A DNA stretch of 64,000 bases from a bacterium (GTDB lineage Bacteria > SAR324 > NAC60-12), in the NCBI GenBank assembly GCA_965205865.1, contig CBDBHR010000029.1, forward strand, positions 288,001-352,000, read 5' to 3'. This document shows, one piece after another, positions 29,944-40,542 of the stretch. The notes beneath the pieces are model-generated. The model did not search any database and was not told the origin of the DNA. It saw only the letters and a program-made list of their open reading frames with translations. Numbering within the stretch: the first letter of the stretch is position 1; each line of letters starts with the position of its first letter. The position numbers and the translations under genes are program-made.

Positions 29944-31026
29944 CTATGATTCCCTGGTTTTTTCACGCAAAAGCCGGATCAATTTAACATGGGCGGATGG
30001 GAAAGAAAACTGATCCAGTTGGTCCAAAGCGACCCATTTGATAGATGCAGACTCTTCAGGTGGGTCATAGTCGTTGCAAACGCATAAAAAGCAGTGCAGG
30101 GTCACTTTGAAGGAGGTGTAGCCATGTTTGATGGTCGACAAGCGTCGCTCGATGGTGATGCCAACCTGGTGCTGCTTTCGCATGCCGGTGATCAAGGTCT
30201 GTTGCATATCCCGCTTTCCATTCAGACGGATATTGGGGAATTCCCACAATCCTGCCATCAATCCTTCTGCAGGACGTTTACGAATCAAAAACCGCTTCTC
30301 TTTTTGAATGACTGCCAGGGCGGTGGTGATGGACTGCAAAGGACGGCGTTGGATCTTGACGGGGACTTGTTCTGAGGTACCATGCCGGAATGCATGACAA
30401 AAATTTTGCAGCGGACACAACAGGCAGTTGGGAGATTGCGGAAGACAGATCAAGGCACCCAACTCCATCAACGCCTGGTTGAAGAAACGCGCCTGCCCCC
30501 GGGGAATCCAGGATTCAGCGAGGTGCCATAAAGTTTTTCGCATTGCAGCGGACTTGGGGTTCTCCCGGAAATTCATCAAACGGCATATCACTCGTTCCAC
30601 GTTGCCATCGACGACGGGTTTGTCTTGATTGAAAGCGACGCTGGCAATGGCTCCTGCAGTGTATCGTCCGATGCCGGGAAGCGCCAGTATTTCCTCGAAG
30701 TCAGTAGGAAAATTGCCTTGGTGCTGCTTGCGGATCCGTTGCGCGGCTTTCCGAATGTTTTGCGCGCGAGAGTAATATCCCAATCCTTCCCAAAGCTTGA
30801 GAATCGTTTCTTCAGACGCTTCCGCCACCGTCTCAATGGTGGGAAGCGTTGTCATCCATCGTGAAAAATAAGGCAAGACGGTGGTCACTTGAGTCTGCTG
30901 CAGCATGATTTCGGAAATCCACACCGCATAGGGATCGTACGACCGGCGCCAGGGCAAATCCCGTTGATGCCGGGCAAACCAATGCAAGAGTTTTTCTTGG
31001 AATGCAGGAAGATCGGAAGGAAGCAT
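29944..31026 (-). CDS. mutY: A/G-specific adenine glycosylase
   Basis: RDLPWR, SEIMLQQTQV, WEGLGYYSRA, LPGIGRYTA, VDGNV, Fe-S Cys motif and NUDIX-like tail. Confidence 0.95.
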   Translation of the reverse strand: MLPSDLPAFQEKLLHWFARHQRDLPWRRSYDPYAVWISEIMLQQTQVTTVLPYFSRWMTTLPTIETVAEASEETILKLWEGLGYYSRAQNIRKAAQRIRKQHQGNFPTDFEEILALPGIGRYTAGAIASVAFNQDKPVVDGNVERVICRLMNFRENPKSAAMRKTLWHLAESWIPRGQARFFNQALMELGALICLPQSPNCLLCPLQNFCHAFRHGTSEQVPVKIQRRPLQSITTALAVIQKEKRFLIRKRPAEGLMAGLWEFPNIRLNGKRDMQQTLITGMRKQHQVGITIERRLSTIKHGYTSFKVTLHCFLCVCNDYDPPEESASIKWVALDQLDQFSFPSAHVKLIRLLREKTRES

Positions 31027-31090
31027 GGAAGCGTTCGCCACAGTAAAAGTGATAAGAAATGAGATGCTTTGGCATGCCAATATATGCCTT

Positions 31091-31275
31091 GCTTCGATCT
31101 CGTCGCGGTTGGCTTCCAGATATTGCCGGAAGTCCAGCGCCATGGCTTCCGCATTCTCGTGAGCATCGCCCTCCCAGTCTGCGCGGAGCACGGTGTCCAG
31201 GCCGTCATGGTCGATGGTTTGTTCCTTACCACGGCGAATGGAGTCGATCAGCTCGATCAGCTCACCGTTGAAGAC
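31091..31275 (-). pseudogene. hsdR: 185-bp internal fragment of a second hsdR allele
   Basis: Colinear diverged copy of 20574-20758, same orientation, mostly synonymous differences. Confidence 0.9.
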
Positions 31276-31556
31276 ACTGGTGAAGAAGCCCGGCGAATTT
31301 TAGAAAAATTAGAGATTAACTACACGCCGAAGCATGCCAGTTGGTTAAACACGGCTGAAATTGAACTGAGTGTTTTAAGCAGACAGCGCCTCGATCGTCA
31401 GATACCCGATCAAGAAACTTTGAAAAAAGAAGTTCAGTCCTGGATGGAAAAACGGAATAACTACTCTTCCCCGATGAATTGGCGTTTTACAACAAAGAAT
31501 GCCCGGATCAAACTCAAAAAACTTTACCCGACATTAGTTGAGTGACAAGGTTCTAG
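31276..31556 (+). mobile_element. IS630 family 3' remnant
   Basis: EEARRILEKLEINYTPKHASWLNTAEIELSVLSRQ...WRFTTKNARIKLKKLYP*, followed shortly by TA. Confidence 0.85.
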
Positions 31557-31908
31557 TCCTTGCCTACAGGATGGGGGACTGCTTCAGCGGTCACCCGTCT
31601 TCTCTCTCGAAACTTCCATCTTGAAGGCTTGCTTTGTAGACCACGCGTAACTCACTGCGTTCACGGCGACGCAAGAAAACTTCTCCGCTTCCACCCCGAC
31701 CTGGACGAATAGACATAGGCTTTTAAATGGATAATTGGTTAATCATGCTTTACACAAAACATATATGCTTGACGGTGAGGAAGATGTCAAGTAAATGTAG
31801 TGATTAACTCGGATGGGGGCAGGACAGTTTTCTCTAATTTAACCTGAGTTCGAGATAAGAATTTAATAAATTCAATATGTTATGGAATCTTCATATCTTA
31901 GAGAAACC

Positions 31909-33333
31909 TCAAGCAGGGAATTTAATCATTGTGAGGGTGATGCCTAAATAAATCATTATGCCGAGGACATCATTGGTTGTTGTGATGAAGGGACCCGTTG
32001 CAATGGCAGGATCAATGTTAATTCGCTTGAGCAGAATTGGAATCACCGAACCGACTGTGGCAGCCATACTGACCACTGCCAGCAATGCTATTCCTGCAAT
32101 AAGACCCATTTTGACATCGGTCGTAATGAAGTAAACCATTGCAAAAAAAATCAATGCGCAAACAGGGCCGTTCAATAAACTTACCCGAATCTCTTTCCAA
32201 AGTCGCTGGAGCAAATCGGAGGAATGAATTTCTCCGGTACCTAATCCTCTGACGACGATGGAAGAAGATTGAATAGCAATGTTTCCACCTAGTGCCGCCA
32301 CCAAAGGAATGAAATACATCACCTGAGGTAATTGAGTCAACATTCCTTCATATCGGCTCATGGCGAATGCGGCAATAAAACCACCACCCAATCCCAAAAC
32401 CAGCCACGGGAGGCGGTCTTTGGAAGAGCGTAAAATTGAAGTATCCAATACCTCTTCATTACCAGTACCTGCAAATTGCGCTAAGTCTTCCTGGTATTCT
32501 TCTTGAAGAACGTCCATCAAATCGTCCACTGTAATACGTCCGATGAGTTTCAAATATTTATCGATCACCGGAATAACCACTAGATCGTACTCTTGTGCGA
32601 TCCTTGCAACGGCTTCCTGGTCCATGTCCACATCGACTGCCACCACATCGGGATTCATCAATTGCGCAATGCGGACATGCGAATCTGCCAATAGAAGTTT
32701 ATTCGGGGACACGATGCCAATTAAATGTTGATATTCATCGACCACATACACTGCATAGAATGTTTCAATCTCTTCCAGGGCAATATATTCGCGAATCCTC
32801 TGAATGGCTCCAAAAACTGTTTGATCATTTATCACAGAAACCACGTTGGGATCCATGATCCCTCCGGCACTCTCCTCATCGTATTTCATCAAAGTGGTGA
32901 TTTCGTCACGATCTTTGCTGGACAACGTCTCTAATACCTCTTGGGCTTTGTTGTCGTCTAAAATCGCTACCATATCTACCGCGTCATCGCCATCCATCTC
33001 CTCAATTATTTCCCCCAACTGTTCCGTATTCATTTCACTGATGATACCTGAAAGCACCGGAGAATGTTGTTGCAGATGATTGAGGACATCAGAAGCTGTT
33101 TCTTTACTGATCCCGTCCAGCACAACTAGCTGATGTTTCAGCTTGAGTTGCAGGAGACTGTTCGCAATCTCCACACTGTCGAGTTCGTTTAACAGACCAC
33201 GCAACCCTTCCAACTTCTCGGCATTGATCAGTTTTTTGATGAGCTTATATGCGGCCATAAAAAAACTTTCGATTGGAATTTTGTTTGTTTCCGGAACTTT
33301 ATTTCCGACGATCCCGTGCCAACTCGATGGCAA
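31909..33333 (-). CDS. mgtE: Magnesium transporter
   Basis: YDEESAGGIM, CBS pair, RLPWL, GGNIAIQS and DPAIATGPFITTTND motifs. Start position uncertain. Confidence 0.93.
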   Translation of the reverse strand: MPSSWHGIVGNKVPETNKIPIESFFMAAYKLIKKLINAEKLEGLRGLLNELDSVEIANSLLQLKLKHQLVVLDGISKETASDVLNHLQQHSPVLSGIISEMNTEQLGEIIEEMDGDDAVDMVAILDDNKAQEVLETLSSKDRDEITTLMKYDEESAGGIMDPNVVSVINDQTVFGAIQRIREYIALEEIETFYAVYVVDEYQHLIGIVSPNKLLLADSHVRIAQLMNPDVVAVDVDMDQEAVARIAQEYDLVVIPVIDKYLKLIGRITVDDLMDVLQEEYQEDLAQFAGTGNEEVLDTSILRSSKDRLPWLVLGLGGGFIAAFAMSRYEGMLTQLPQVMYFIPLVAALGGNIAIQSSSIVVRGLGTGEIHSSDLLQRLWKEIRVSLLNGPVCALIFFAMVYFITTDVKMGLIAGIALLAVVSMAATVGSVIPILLKRINIDPAIATGPFITTTNDVLGIMIYLGITLTMIKFPA

Positions 33334-33789
33334 TGATGATACCGGATACGATTAAGGACACTATACAGAATACAAACAGGACAGTCTCCATTAAATATTC
33401 CTTATATTAAATCCCTCCATTCCCTGAATGGACAGAATATATTAATCAAAAAGGTATCTGAACATTGTTTTGTCAAAGCAGGAAATAGACCACTTCTCCA
33501 GCTTTCTCCACTATGAATAAAAAGAAAGTCGCAATCTTGTGGTATGCAAAAAAATTTGTGTGAAATCTCTAAAGGTCAAGATTTTAGTACAATTGCCGCC
33601 AAAATGATGCGACGACTGTCGTAAGTCAGGCCAATTTGGCCCAAGAATTGCTGTCACAAAACAACTACGGTTTTCCGGATGGTGGAAGATGCTGTTCGTC
33701 CCCTGTTATGAGAGTTTTTGAGATAATCAAAAATTGATCCGAATAAGATTTTCGGATGAAATCTTTGCAATTCACCATGGAGGGTGAAG

Positions 33790-34023
33790 ATGCTGATATT
33801 GACAAGAAAACCTGGTGAAAGTATCACCATTGGTGATGACATCAAGATCCAGGTCATTGAAATCAAGGGCAAACAAGTTCGTTTGGGAATTGATGCCCCT
33901 AAGAGTTACGTGATTCATCGCGAAGAAGTTTATATCCGGATTCAGGAAGAAAACAAACAAGCTGTTGAAAAGCCCCCTGTTGCTTTGAAAAACATAACGG
34001 ATTTTTTAAAAAAGAAAAAGTAG
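33790..34023 (+). CDS. csrA: Carbon storage regulator
   Basis: [18 protein letters not shown]...VRLGIDAPK...IHREEVY. Confidence 0.95.
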   Translation: MLILTRKPGESITIGDDIKIQVIEIKGKQVRLGIDAPKSYVIHREEVYIRIQEENKQAVEKPPVALKNITDFLKKKK

Positions 34024-34037
34024 GCGGTTTTTCAAAT

Positions 34038-34691
34038 TCAATTTGAATTCATTTTCTGCAGCATTGCATGGGCCATTTCATCCAAATGATCAAGCGCATG
34101 TTGCACTTGCGAGCAAGCTTGTTCGACAGGAGTGTTTTCCATCTTGATGGGATTGTCCATCAACAAGACCACCCTACTAAAAGGGTAAGGAAAGCGCATG
34201 CCTGTGGAGGAGGAAAGGATGAAACTCGAAGGCATGGAACAACTGACAGGAAGGATTTTTTTTTGCTGAATTTGCGCCAATTTCACGAGTTGTAGGATAG
34301 AGAATCCCTGCAAGGAGGCATCATGTACAGGAACCCAAAGTTGCGGTACTTTGAATTGTTGACCAGAAATACTGTCCCACTCTTCGGATGTCGGATCTTC
34401 GGGAGTCTGCCTCAGGCGATATCCCAACTTTTCTATAAAACCCACTTCCGAATCCCAGCTAAAATTCCCTGCCACCGGAATCTTGTGTTTTTGGAAGGCA
34501 AACAAACAATACAAGATCTGAGGCCACCGGCAAGTGACTAGAAAAGAGGCTTGTTGCCGTCGCATTTCTTCAAGAATTCCCCAGTTGATCCGTAAAGGGC
34601 GTACACTGGCGTGGATGGCATAGAATCCATAAAACAGAGCCAAGGCTCGAATCGTGCGTGTCGAGGAGTGGAGGCGGGAAAATTCCGTCAT
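34038..34691 (-). CDS. Hypothetical protein, divergent DUF374/acyltransferase-like
   Basis: LVKLAQ...ILPV...FPYPFSRVVLLMDNPI resembles the DUF374 C-terminus. Confidence 0.5.
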   Translation of the reverse strand: MTEFSRLHSSTRTIRALALFYGFYAIHASVRPLRINWGILEEMRRQQASFLVTCRWPQILYCLFAFQKHKIPVAGNFSWDSEVGFIEKLGYRLRQTPEDPTSEEWDSISGQQFKVPQLWVPVHDASLQGFSILQLVKLAQIQQKKILPVSCSMPSSFILSSSTGMRFPYPFSRVVLLMDNPIKMENTPVEQACSQVQHALDHLDEMAHAMLQKMNSN

Positions 34692-35190
34692 TGCTTATTG
34701 CGAAAGAGGTAAATCTGAGAGAGAAGGGGCACTCCCTCTTCCTCGAGCCACCGATTTCTAAATTATTCTATTCAGCAGTATGGCTGACTAGTTCATTGAC
34801 CCAAAGTCTGAACTTCCTGTATACTGGTTTTGTTTTCGGGAGTTACATAGTGCCAAGTAATTTCTGAAAGATCAAAATTCTCTTGCCTCTTGTTTATAAT
34901 CAAAGGCGTGATATTGTAGCTGGACTGGAATTTGCATAGAAGTAATTTCAAGTAATTTGGAGTATGACAATTATGGAGATCGTTTTTCAATTTTTGAAAC
35001 AGTTTGACCTTGCATTGAGTTGGTATATTGTTTTCGGCGTGGTTTTCTTCAGTTTCATCTTGTGTCCCAGCGCCGTCTTTCTCTATCATTGGGGACGCAT
35101 CAAAAAAAGCAAGTAAGTTTTGGTTTATTTTATCTTCCGGGAAGAGAGCGATTCTCTTCAGGGAGTGTCACATTCATAAGGAGATGAATT

Positions 35191-36705
35191 ATGTTACGTC
35201 TGATAAAAATACAGGGATTCGTATTTCTAACCATTTTTCTTTTCAGTATTTCTTTCAAATTGGCAGAGGCGCGCGAGCAATTGGTGGTCGCGTTGACTGC
35301 CATGCCGAAAACCCTGGATCCACGTTTTGCAGTGGATACCAATGGATGGGGTATGAATCTGCAGTTGGTCTATGGGGCGCTTGTCCAATTGGATTATAAT
35401 CTGAAGGTTGTTCCGGATCTCGCTGAGAGTTGGGAACGACCCGATGCCACCAGTTATGTCTTTCATCTGAGAAAAAATGCTCGTTTTTCCAATGGAGACC
35501 TCCTCACGGCAAGCGATGTGAAATACACATTCGATTCCGTGATGGATGAGCAAACCAAATCACCCTTCATTGGTATCAAGTCTTCAATCAAAGGGGTGGA
35601 AGTCCTTGATTCCCACACCATCCGCTTTGAAGCTCCGGAAAATATGCCGGAAGTCACCTATCTGCTCAATCTGTTCATCCCTGTTTTTCAAAAACCGGCG
35701 ACAGGCGAGGATCTGTTATTGTTGGGTGCAGGCCCTTATCAATTGCAAGAGAAACAAGTTTCGGAAATCGTGCTCACCCCCAATCCGCATTATTACGGAG
35801 AAAAACCCGCTTTGCAGCAAGTCATTTTCAAAGTGATCAAAGATGACAATACCCGTTTCTTGAAATTCATGAAAGGAGACGTTGACTTTGCTCTTAATGC
35901 TTTGCCTACTGATAAAATCATGCAATTTGAAGAAGGGGAACTGGCCGAAATGTATCAAGTCCTGGAAGGGCCGGCGCTACGTTATCAATACCTGGGATTC
36001 AACACGGAACATCCGGTTTTGAAACACGCTGCCGTCCGGCAGGCCTTTGCTCATGCAATCAATCGAGACGAACTGGTTGAATTTTTAATGCGCAATCACG
36101 CGGCTAAAGCAGACAGCCTGCTTACTCCCCAAAACATATTCCACGCGAGCGATCTCCCACAGTATGAGTACGATCCTGAAAAGGCAGCCGCCCTGCTCGA
36201 TGAGGCGGGATTTCCCCTCAAAGATGGAAAACGGTTCACAATCGAATATAAAACTTCCACCAATAAAATGCGCCAGCGTTTGGGTCGTATCATCAAAGAG
36301 CAATTGAAACAAGTCGGTATTGAAATCGAGGTGCGCTCATTTGAATGGGGAACTTTTTTTGGGGACGTCAAAGCAGGGAATTTTGAATTGTATTCCCTGG
36401 CTTGGAGTGGTGTATCGGATCCTGATTTTTTCTACAGCGCCTTCCATTCCACTCAATTCCCCCCGGGACGAAATCGGGTTCGATATGTCAATGCGGAACT
36501 GGATCGTTTGGTTGAAGCGGGAAGAGTCGAGAATGATTTGGAAAAGCGAAAAGGTATTTACAACGAAGTCCAACAATTGCTGGGTAGGGAACTTCCCTAT
36601 TTAGGACTTTGGTATGCCAACAATCTAGCGATTCTCAAAAAAGATATCAAAGGCTATCGTCTTCATCCCACTGGCGGCTTTCATTCGTTTCGCGAGATCC
36701 ATTGA
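35191..36705 (+). CDS. ABC transporter substrate-binding protein, family 5 (peptide/nickel)
   Basis: TLDPR, PDLAESWE, FHLRKNARFSNG and VRQAFAHAINR motifs. Confidence 0.93.
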   Translation: MLRLIKIQGFVFLTIFLFSISFKLAEAREQLVVALTAMPKTLDPRFAVDTNGWGMNLQLVYGALVQLDYNLKVVPDLAESWERPDATSYVFHLRKNARFSNGDLLTASDVKYTFDSVMDEQTKSPFIGIKSSIKGVEVLDSHTIRFEAPENMPEVTYLLNLFIPVFQKPATGEDLLLLGAGPYQLQEKQVSEIVLTPNPHYYGEKPALQQVIFKVIKDDNTRFLKFMKGDVDFALNALPTDKIMQFEEGELAEMYQVLEGPALRYQYLGFNTEHPVLKHAAVRQAFAHAINRDELVEFLMRNHAAKADSLLTPQNIFHASDLPQYEYDPEKAAALLDEAGFPLKDGKRFTIEYKTSTNKMRQRLGRIIKEQLKQVGIEIEVRSFEWGTFFGDVKAGNFELYSLAWSGVSDPDFFYSAFHSTQFPPGRNRVRYVNAELDRLVEAGRVENDLEKRKGIYNEVQQLLGRELPYLGLWYANNLAILKKDIKGYRLHPTGGFHSFREIH

Positions 36706-36965
36706 TTCCCCTTATGCCGTGCCTCGTCCCTGCTGTTAAATTCCGGGCACGGCCACTCTGTAAAAATTTGTGTGCCTTTTGACTGACTGGAGCAATTAAT
36801 TGCCGAATTGGAATGGTTAGCTTTTTCCATACGCCTACCGGCATGTCCTCCCATCTTTCCAGCTACCTTTCCTGACATTCTATTCTAATTCTTCCTGCTT
36901 TCGGCAGCCAGCGCTTCCGGTGAGGCCGCACGAAGGATCATCCAGGAATATTGTTGAAACCGGCT

Positions 36966-37574
36966 TTATGAATCCCATTGCCAATCGGGGAGATCTTTGC
37001 CTGCTTCCCATAGCACTTCTGTTTCTCCAAGTGTTGTACTGACCCAGCGGCCAAAGACAAACAATGCGTCAGAGAGACGGTTTAGATAGGGAACGACAGC
37101 ATCTCCGATTACTTCTTGCTGGCGAAGACGGAGCACCTCTCGTTCGGCCCGCCGGCACACCGTGCGAGCCTGATGCAGGAAAGCATTGAGGGGACTGCCC
37201 CCTGGCAGAATAAAACTGGTCAACGGTGAGAGTTCGGCATTCATGGCATCAATGACTGTTTCGAGCCATTCAATGTCTTGCCGCTTTACCTGGACTTGAC
37301 CTTCATATTCGTCGCCAGGTAAGGTTGCCAGCTGTGAGCCTATATCAAAAAGTTTTTGTTGGATCGCCTGTAAAATGACCTCAAACTTCTTCCTGCGTTC
37401 GGATGACTCTTTTTGGCTATTGAAACTACGGACAATGCCAATCACACTCATCAACTCATCAATGGTGCCGTAAGCTTCTATGCGGGGATGAGTCTTCGGA
37501 ACTCGTCTTCCACTCACCAACCCGGTTTCTCCACTATCCCCTGTCTTAGTATATACTTTTGTGATACGAACCAT
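36966..37574 (-). CDS. PduO-type cob(I)alamin adenosyltransferase
   Basis: VYTKTGDSGETGL, AYGTIDEL, FILPGG, RRAER and YLNRLSD motifs. Confidence 0.93.
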   Translation of the reverse strand: MVRITKVYTKTGDSGETGLVSGRRVPKTHPRIEAYGTIDELMSVIGIVRSFNSQKESSERRKKFEVILQAIQQKLFDIGSQLATLPGDEYEGQVQVKRQDIEWLETVIDAMNAELSPLTSFILPGGSPLNAFLHQARTVCRRAEREVLRLRQQEVIGDAVVPYLNRLSDALFVFGRWVSTTLGETEVLWEAGKDLPDWQWDS

Positions 37575-37768
37575 ATGTTTTTTCCATCGTGTATGTCAAA
37601 TATGATTTGATTGATAGGCTAAAAAAATGTCTAGTACAGAATGTTGCTGATAAAAAAAAGCTAATACCAGCCATATTTTGCAATGTGCCATTCGCAATAC
37701 TCAGAATATCAGAGATGCGAAAAAACTTTGTCTTCTCTGTTTTTCCACAATCAGACATTTAAAAGCAA

Positions 37769-38812
37769 ATGAAAATCATCATCCGCACTCCAAACTGGCT
37801 TGGGGATTTGATGATGTCCACTGCTTTTATCCATGCCGTGATGGAACAACACCCACAAGCTCGCGTTGATTTGATCGTCAAAGCCGGATATGAACACATT
37901 CCCCTTCCTCACCGGGGACAAATCCTGGTCTACGACAAAAAGCGGCAATCTGCAGGGCTTTTTGGCTTTTCCTTAAAAAAAGAAGGTTATGACCGTTTTT
38001 ATATCTTGCCCCGCAGTTTCTCTTCAGCATGGATGGCATTTTGCAGCAAGGTTCCGGAACGCATTGGCTATCGCGGGAATTTCCGCGGCGCATTGTTGCA
38101 TCCCGTGCAGTCTTATCGCTATCCTCCACGCACTCGGCATCTCATCCAGGAATACTTGGATCTATTAAAACAGCCGGTTGCTACGGCAACCTTGCCTATC
38201 AATCAAGTTCTTCCTTTGCTGAATGTCTCTCCGGAATGGATTGAAATACAGCTGGATGAGATTCTTGAAGAATTACCTGAAAACTATGTTGCTCTGGCTA
38301 CCGGAGCGATATACGGACCTGCTAAGCGATGGCCTTTGGAATATTATCGCGCACTCGCCAAACAATTGGTGGACGCCGGACTATCGGTTTTGCTCCTTGG
38401 CACACAAGCGGATCATGAAGATGGCGAAAAAATCCGCGAGGGAAGCAGCTCCATCCATAATTGGTGTGGTAAAACCTCCTTAAGCGAACTCATTGCACTG
38501 CTCGCAAGGGCTCGATTGTTGATCTGTAACGATTCGGGAAGCATGCACATCATGACGGCCCTGCAACGCCCACTCATTGCAATTTTTGGTTCCACCAGCC
38601 CAACCTGGACTGGTCCGTTGAACGTTAAGGCAAGAGTCATCTATCAAGATTTGGACTGCTCACCCTGTTTTCAGCGTCAATGCCGCTTTGGCCATTACCA
38701 TTGTCTGCGATATATCACCCCTGGGGAAATTTTCCAAAACGCGCATCACCTATTGCGTACTGAGGACTGCAAATCAAAAAAATTCGCCGTGGTTCATCAG
38801 AAATACCTTTGA
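37769..38812 (+). CDS. waaF: LPS heptosyltransferase II
   Basis: PNWLGDLMM, YGPAKRWP, NDSGSMH and CSPCFQRQC motifs. Confidence 0.9.
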   Translation: MKIIIRTPNWLGDLMMSTAFIHAVMEQHPQARVDLIVKAGYEHIPLPHRGQILVYDKKRQSAGLFGFSLKKEGYDRFYILPRSFSSAWMAFCSKVPERIGYRGNFRGALLHPVQSYRYPPRTRHLIQEYLDLLKQPVATATLPINQVLPLLNVSPEWIEIQLDEILEELPENYVALATGAIYGPAKRWPLEYYRALAKQLVDAGLSVLLLGTQADHEDGEKIREGSSSIHNWCGKTSLSELIALLARARLLICNDSGSMHIMTALQRPLIAIFGSTSPTWTGPLNVKARVIYQDLDCSPCFQRQCRFGHYHCLRYITPGEIFQNAHHLLRTEDCKSKKFAVVHQKYL

Positions 38813-39495
38813 AAAAAAGTGTGGGCATGTTGCCGAAATTGAATGGCGCCACCATTGGCCGGATGACGCGCAATATGACAATCCACTCGCATTTTTTCCA
38901 AGAGTGACGCGCATTTCTTGCCAATTGCCAAAATCATGCAATTGGGGAACAGATTCAGAAAAACCTGTAAAAAAGGAACCGCATATTCTAGTTCTGACAA
39001 AGTAGGAGTGCGGTTGCTGAGCAGTTTTTTTGGGTGTCGAGGGTCGTATGGATGCCAGGGAATGGCATTCCACAAGACAAAGGAATAAGGATCGATGCCA
39101 AAATTCAAAAGACTGCTCCACACAATTGTAGCGGTCGGTTCACTCAAACCTCGAGGCCACTTCTCGACACTGCTGGTCTGTTGGGGACATTGTCTCATAA
39201 ATACCTGAGAAGGATGAATATTTTTATGTCGTGAATGACCAAGTAAAATGCGTTCCGACGTCATCGCAATGCCACTGAAATGAGCCCCCTGATAACCAAC
39301 TGCTTCGGCAATTAATAAATAACGAGCGCTGCTCAAACGTTGCTGTAAATAGAGATTGAGATGCCTCCTGCGGATTTGTGGTCCCCTGAAATTTTGGTCA
39401 TTTTCAGGATCTGTTTCATACCATGGATTGAACATGGGATCGGTGGAAGGAGAATGCCTGAGGGATTTGATAAAACTTTCAATCGTGCAGGTCAT
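38797..39495 (-). CDS. Uracil-DNA glycosylase superfamily protein
   Basis: AEAVGYQGAHFSG, EPTATIVW, WNAIPWHP, NRTP and RHPANGG motifs. Confidence 0.85.
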   Translation of the reverse strand: MTCTIESFIKSLRHSPSTDPMFNPWYETDPENDQNFRGPQIRRRHLNLYLQQRLSSARYLLIAEAVGYQGAHFSGIAMTSERILLGHSRHKNIHPSQVFMRQCPQQTSSVEKWPRGLSEPTATIVWSSLLNFGIDPYSFVLWNAIPWHPYDPRHPKKLLSNRTPTLSELEYAVPFLQVFLNLFPNCMILAIGKKCASLLEKMRVDCHIARHPANGGAIQFRQHAHTFFQRYF

Positions 39496-39622
39496 TTTTT
39501 AGAACCTCAGTGGAATTCTTGCACTGCAATATGTAATTTTTTCTTCGTCCATCTACGCAAAGTGGACCTCAACTTCACAATTTGATCAAGAAGAATACAG
39601 AGTTTTTGGCCAAATGAGAAAG

Positions 39623-39663
39623 GTGCAAACAGACATGGGTGACCGTCCCATTGTCCGTTGCAC
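39623..39663 (-). terminator. Putative intrinsic terminator after the HU gene
   Basis: GTGCAA...GACATGGG / CCCATTGTC...TTGCAC hairpin followed by a pyrimidine run on the - strand. Confidence 0.5.
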
Positions 39664-39688
39664 TGTATCAAGGGGTGAGTGGTTGTTT

Positions 39689-39967
39689 TTACTTAGAATT
39701 GACTGCCGCTTTCAATTTGCTTCCTGCACTGAATTTTACCGATTGGGAAGCGGCAATTTTGATGGATTCCCCGGTTTGAGGGTTACGTCCCGGTCGGGCA
39801 GCACGTTTTGAAATGGAGAAAGTGCCAAAACCAATCAAAGGAATCGTTTCTCCTTTTTCCAAACTTTTTTGAATCACATCCAGTGTTGCATTCAAAAACA
39901 GTTCTGCATCCACTTTTGCTCTTCCTGTCTGGTCTGCAACCGCTGCAATCAGGTCTGATTTATTCAT
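39689..39967 (-). CDS. hup: HU DNA-binding protein
   Basis: MNKSDLI...GFGTF...RPGRNPQTGE. Confidence 0.95.
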   Translation of the reverse strand: MNKSDLIAAVADQTGRAKVDAELFLNATLDVIQKSLEKGETIPLIGFGTFSISKRAARPGRNPQTGESIKIAASQSVKFSAGSKLKAAVNSK

Positions 39968-40542
39968 AATTTTTCCCTTCCAATTAATTAGATTAGTGAT
40001 GAGACAACCATTTTCCAGTTTCTTTTCCTGAAAAGGCCATCAAACCGATAAAGATAGATACAAACAGGTAGGCAATCCAAGCTTCCTACCCTTACTACAA
40101 TCTTCAGCAGAGTGAGCGACTTGCCAAGGAACAGGGATTGAGTCACTTTCTCTACGAATTTGATTTTCTGGAGTACCATGGAAATTGAATACATGGCTTA
40201 AAATCCATTAAACTAAAGACATTCCAGCATCGTTTACCTCCCTTCGATATAGAAGTCAAGTTCTCCCTTTTTTTTCTTCAAGTGTCAATTGTTTGTAAAA
40301 CATCGCATAAAGGTAAAAACAATGATATTTTATAAAGACTGCTCCAGAAACTATTTTTACTATGAAAACGGTACGATAATTGTAAGTTTATTAAGCGTAC
40401 CAATCGAACAATTGCTGCAGTTACGCCAAATACTGTTTCAAACGGGTCATTGAAAAACTGGTGGTTCACAATAATCCGTATCCCCAGATGCTCAAACGAT
40501 GGCATTTGACACTTATCACATAAACTGTTAAGGGTACGACAG

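Noticed and set aside
31027-31191. N-terminal extension of MutY as a real HsdR-MutY fusion
   Set aside because: Explained by the hsdR fragment being in frame by chance; MutY homology starts near 31026.
31557-31870. Possible IS-end or structured RNA remnant after the IS630 tail
   Set aside because: No paired IR, TSD or recognisable RNA motif could be established.
33380-33785. CsrB-like sRNA upstream of csrA
   Set aside because: Only scattered GGA triplets, with no repeated hairpin pattern.
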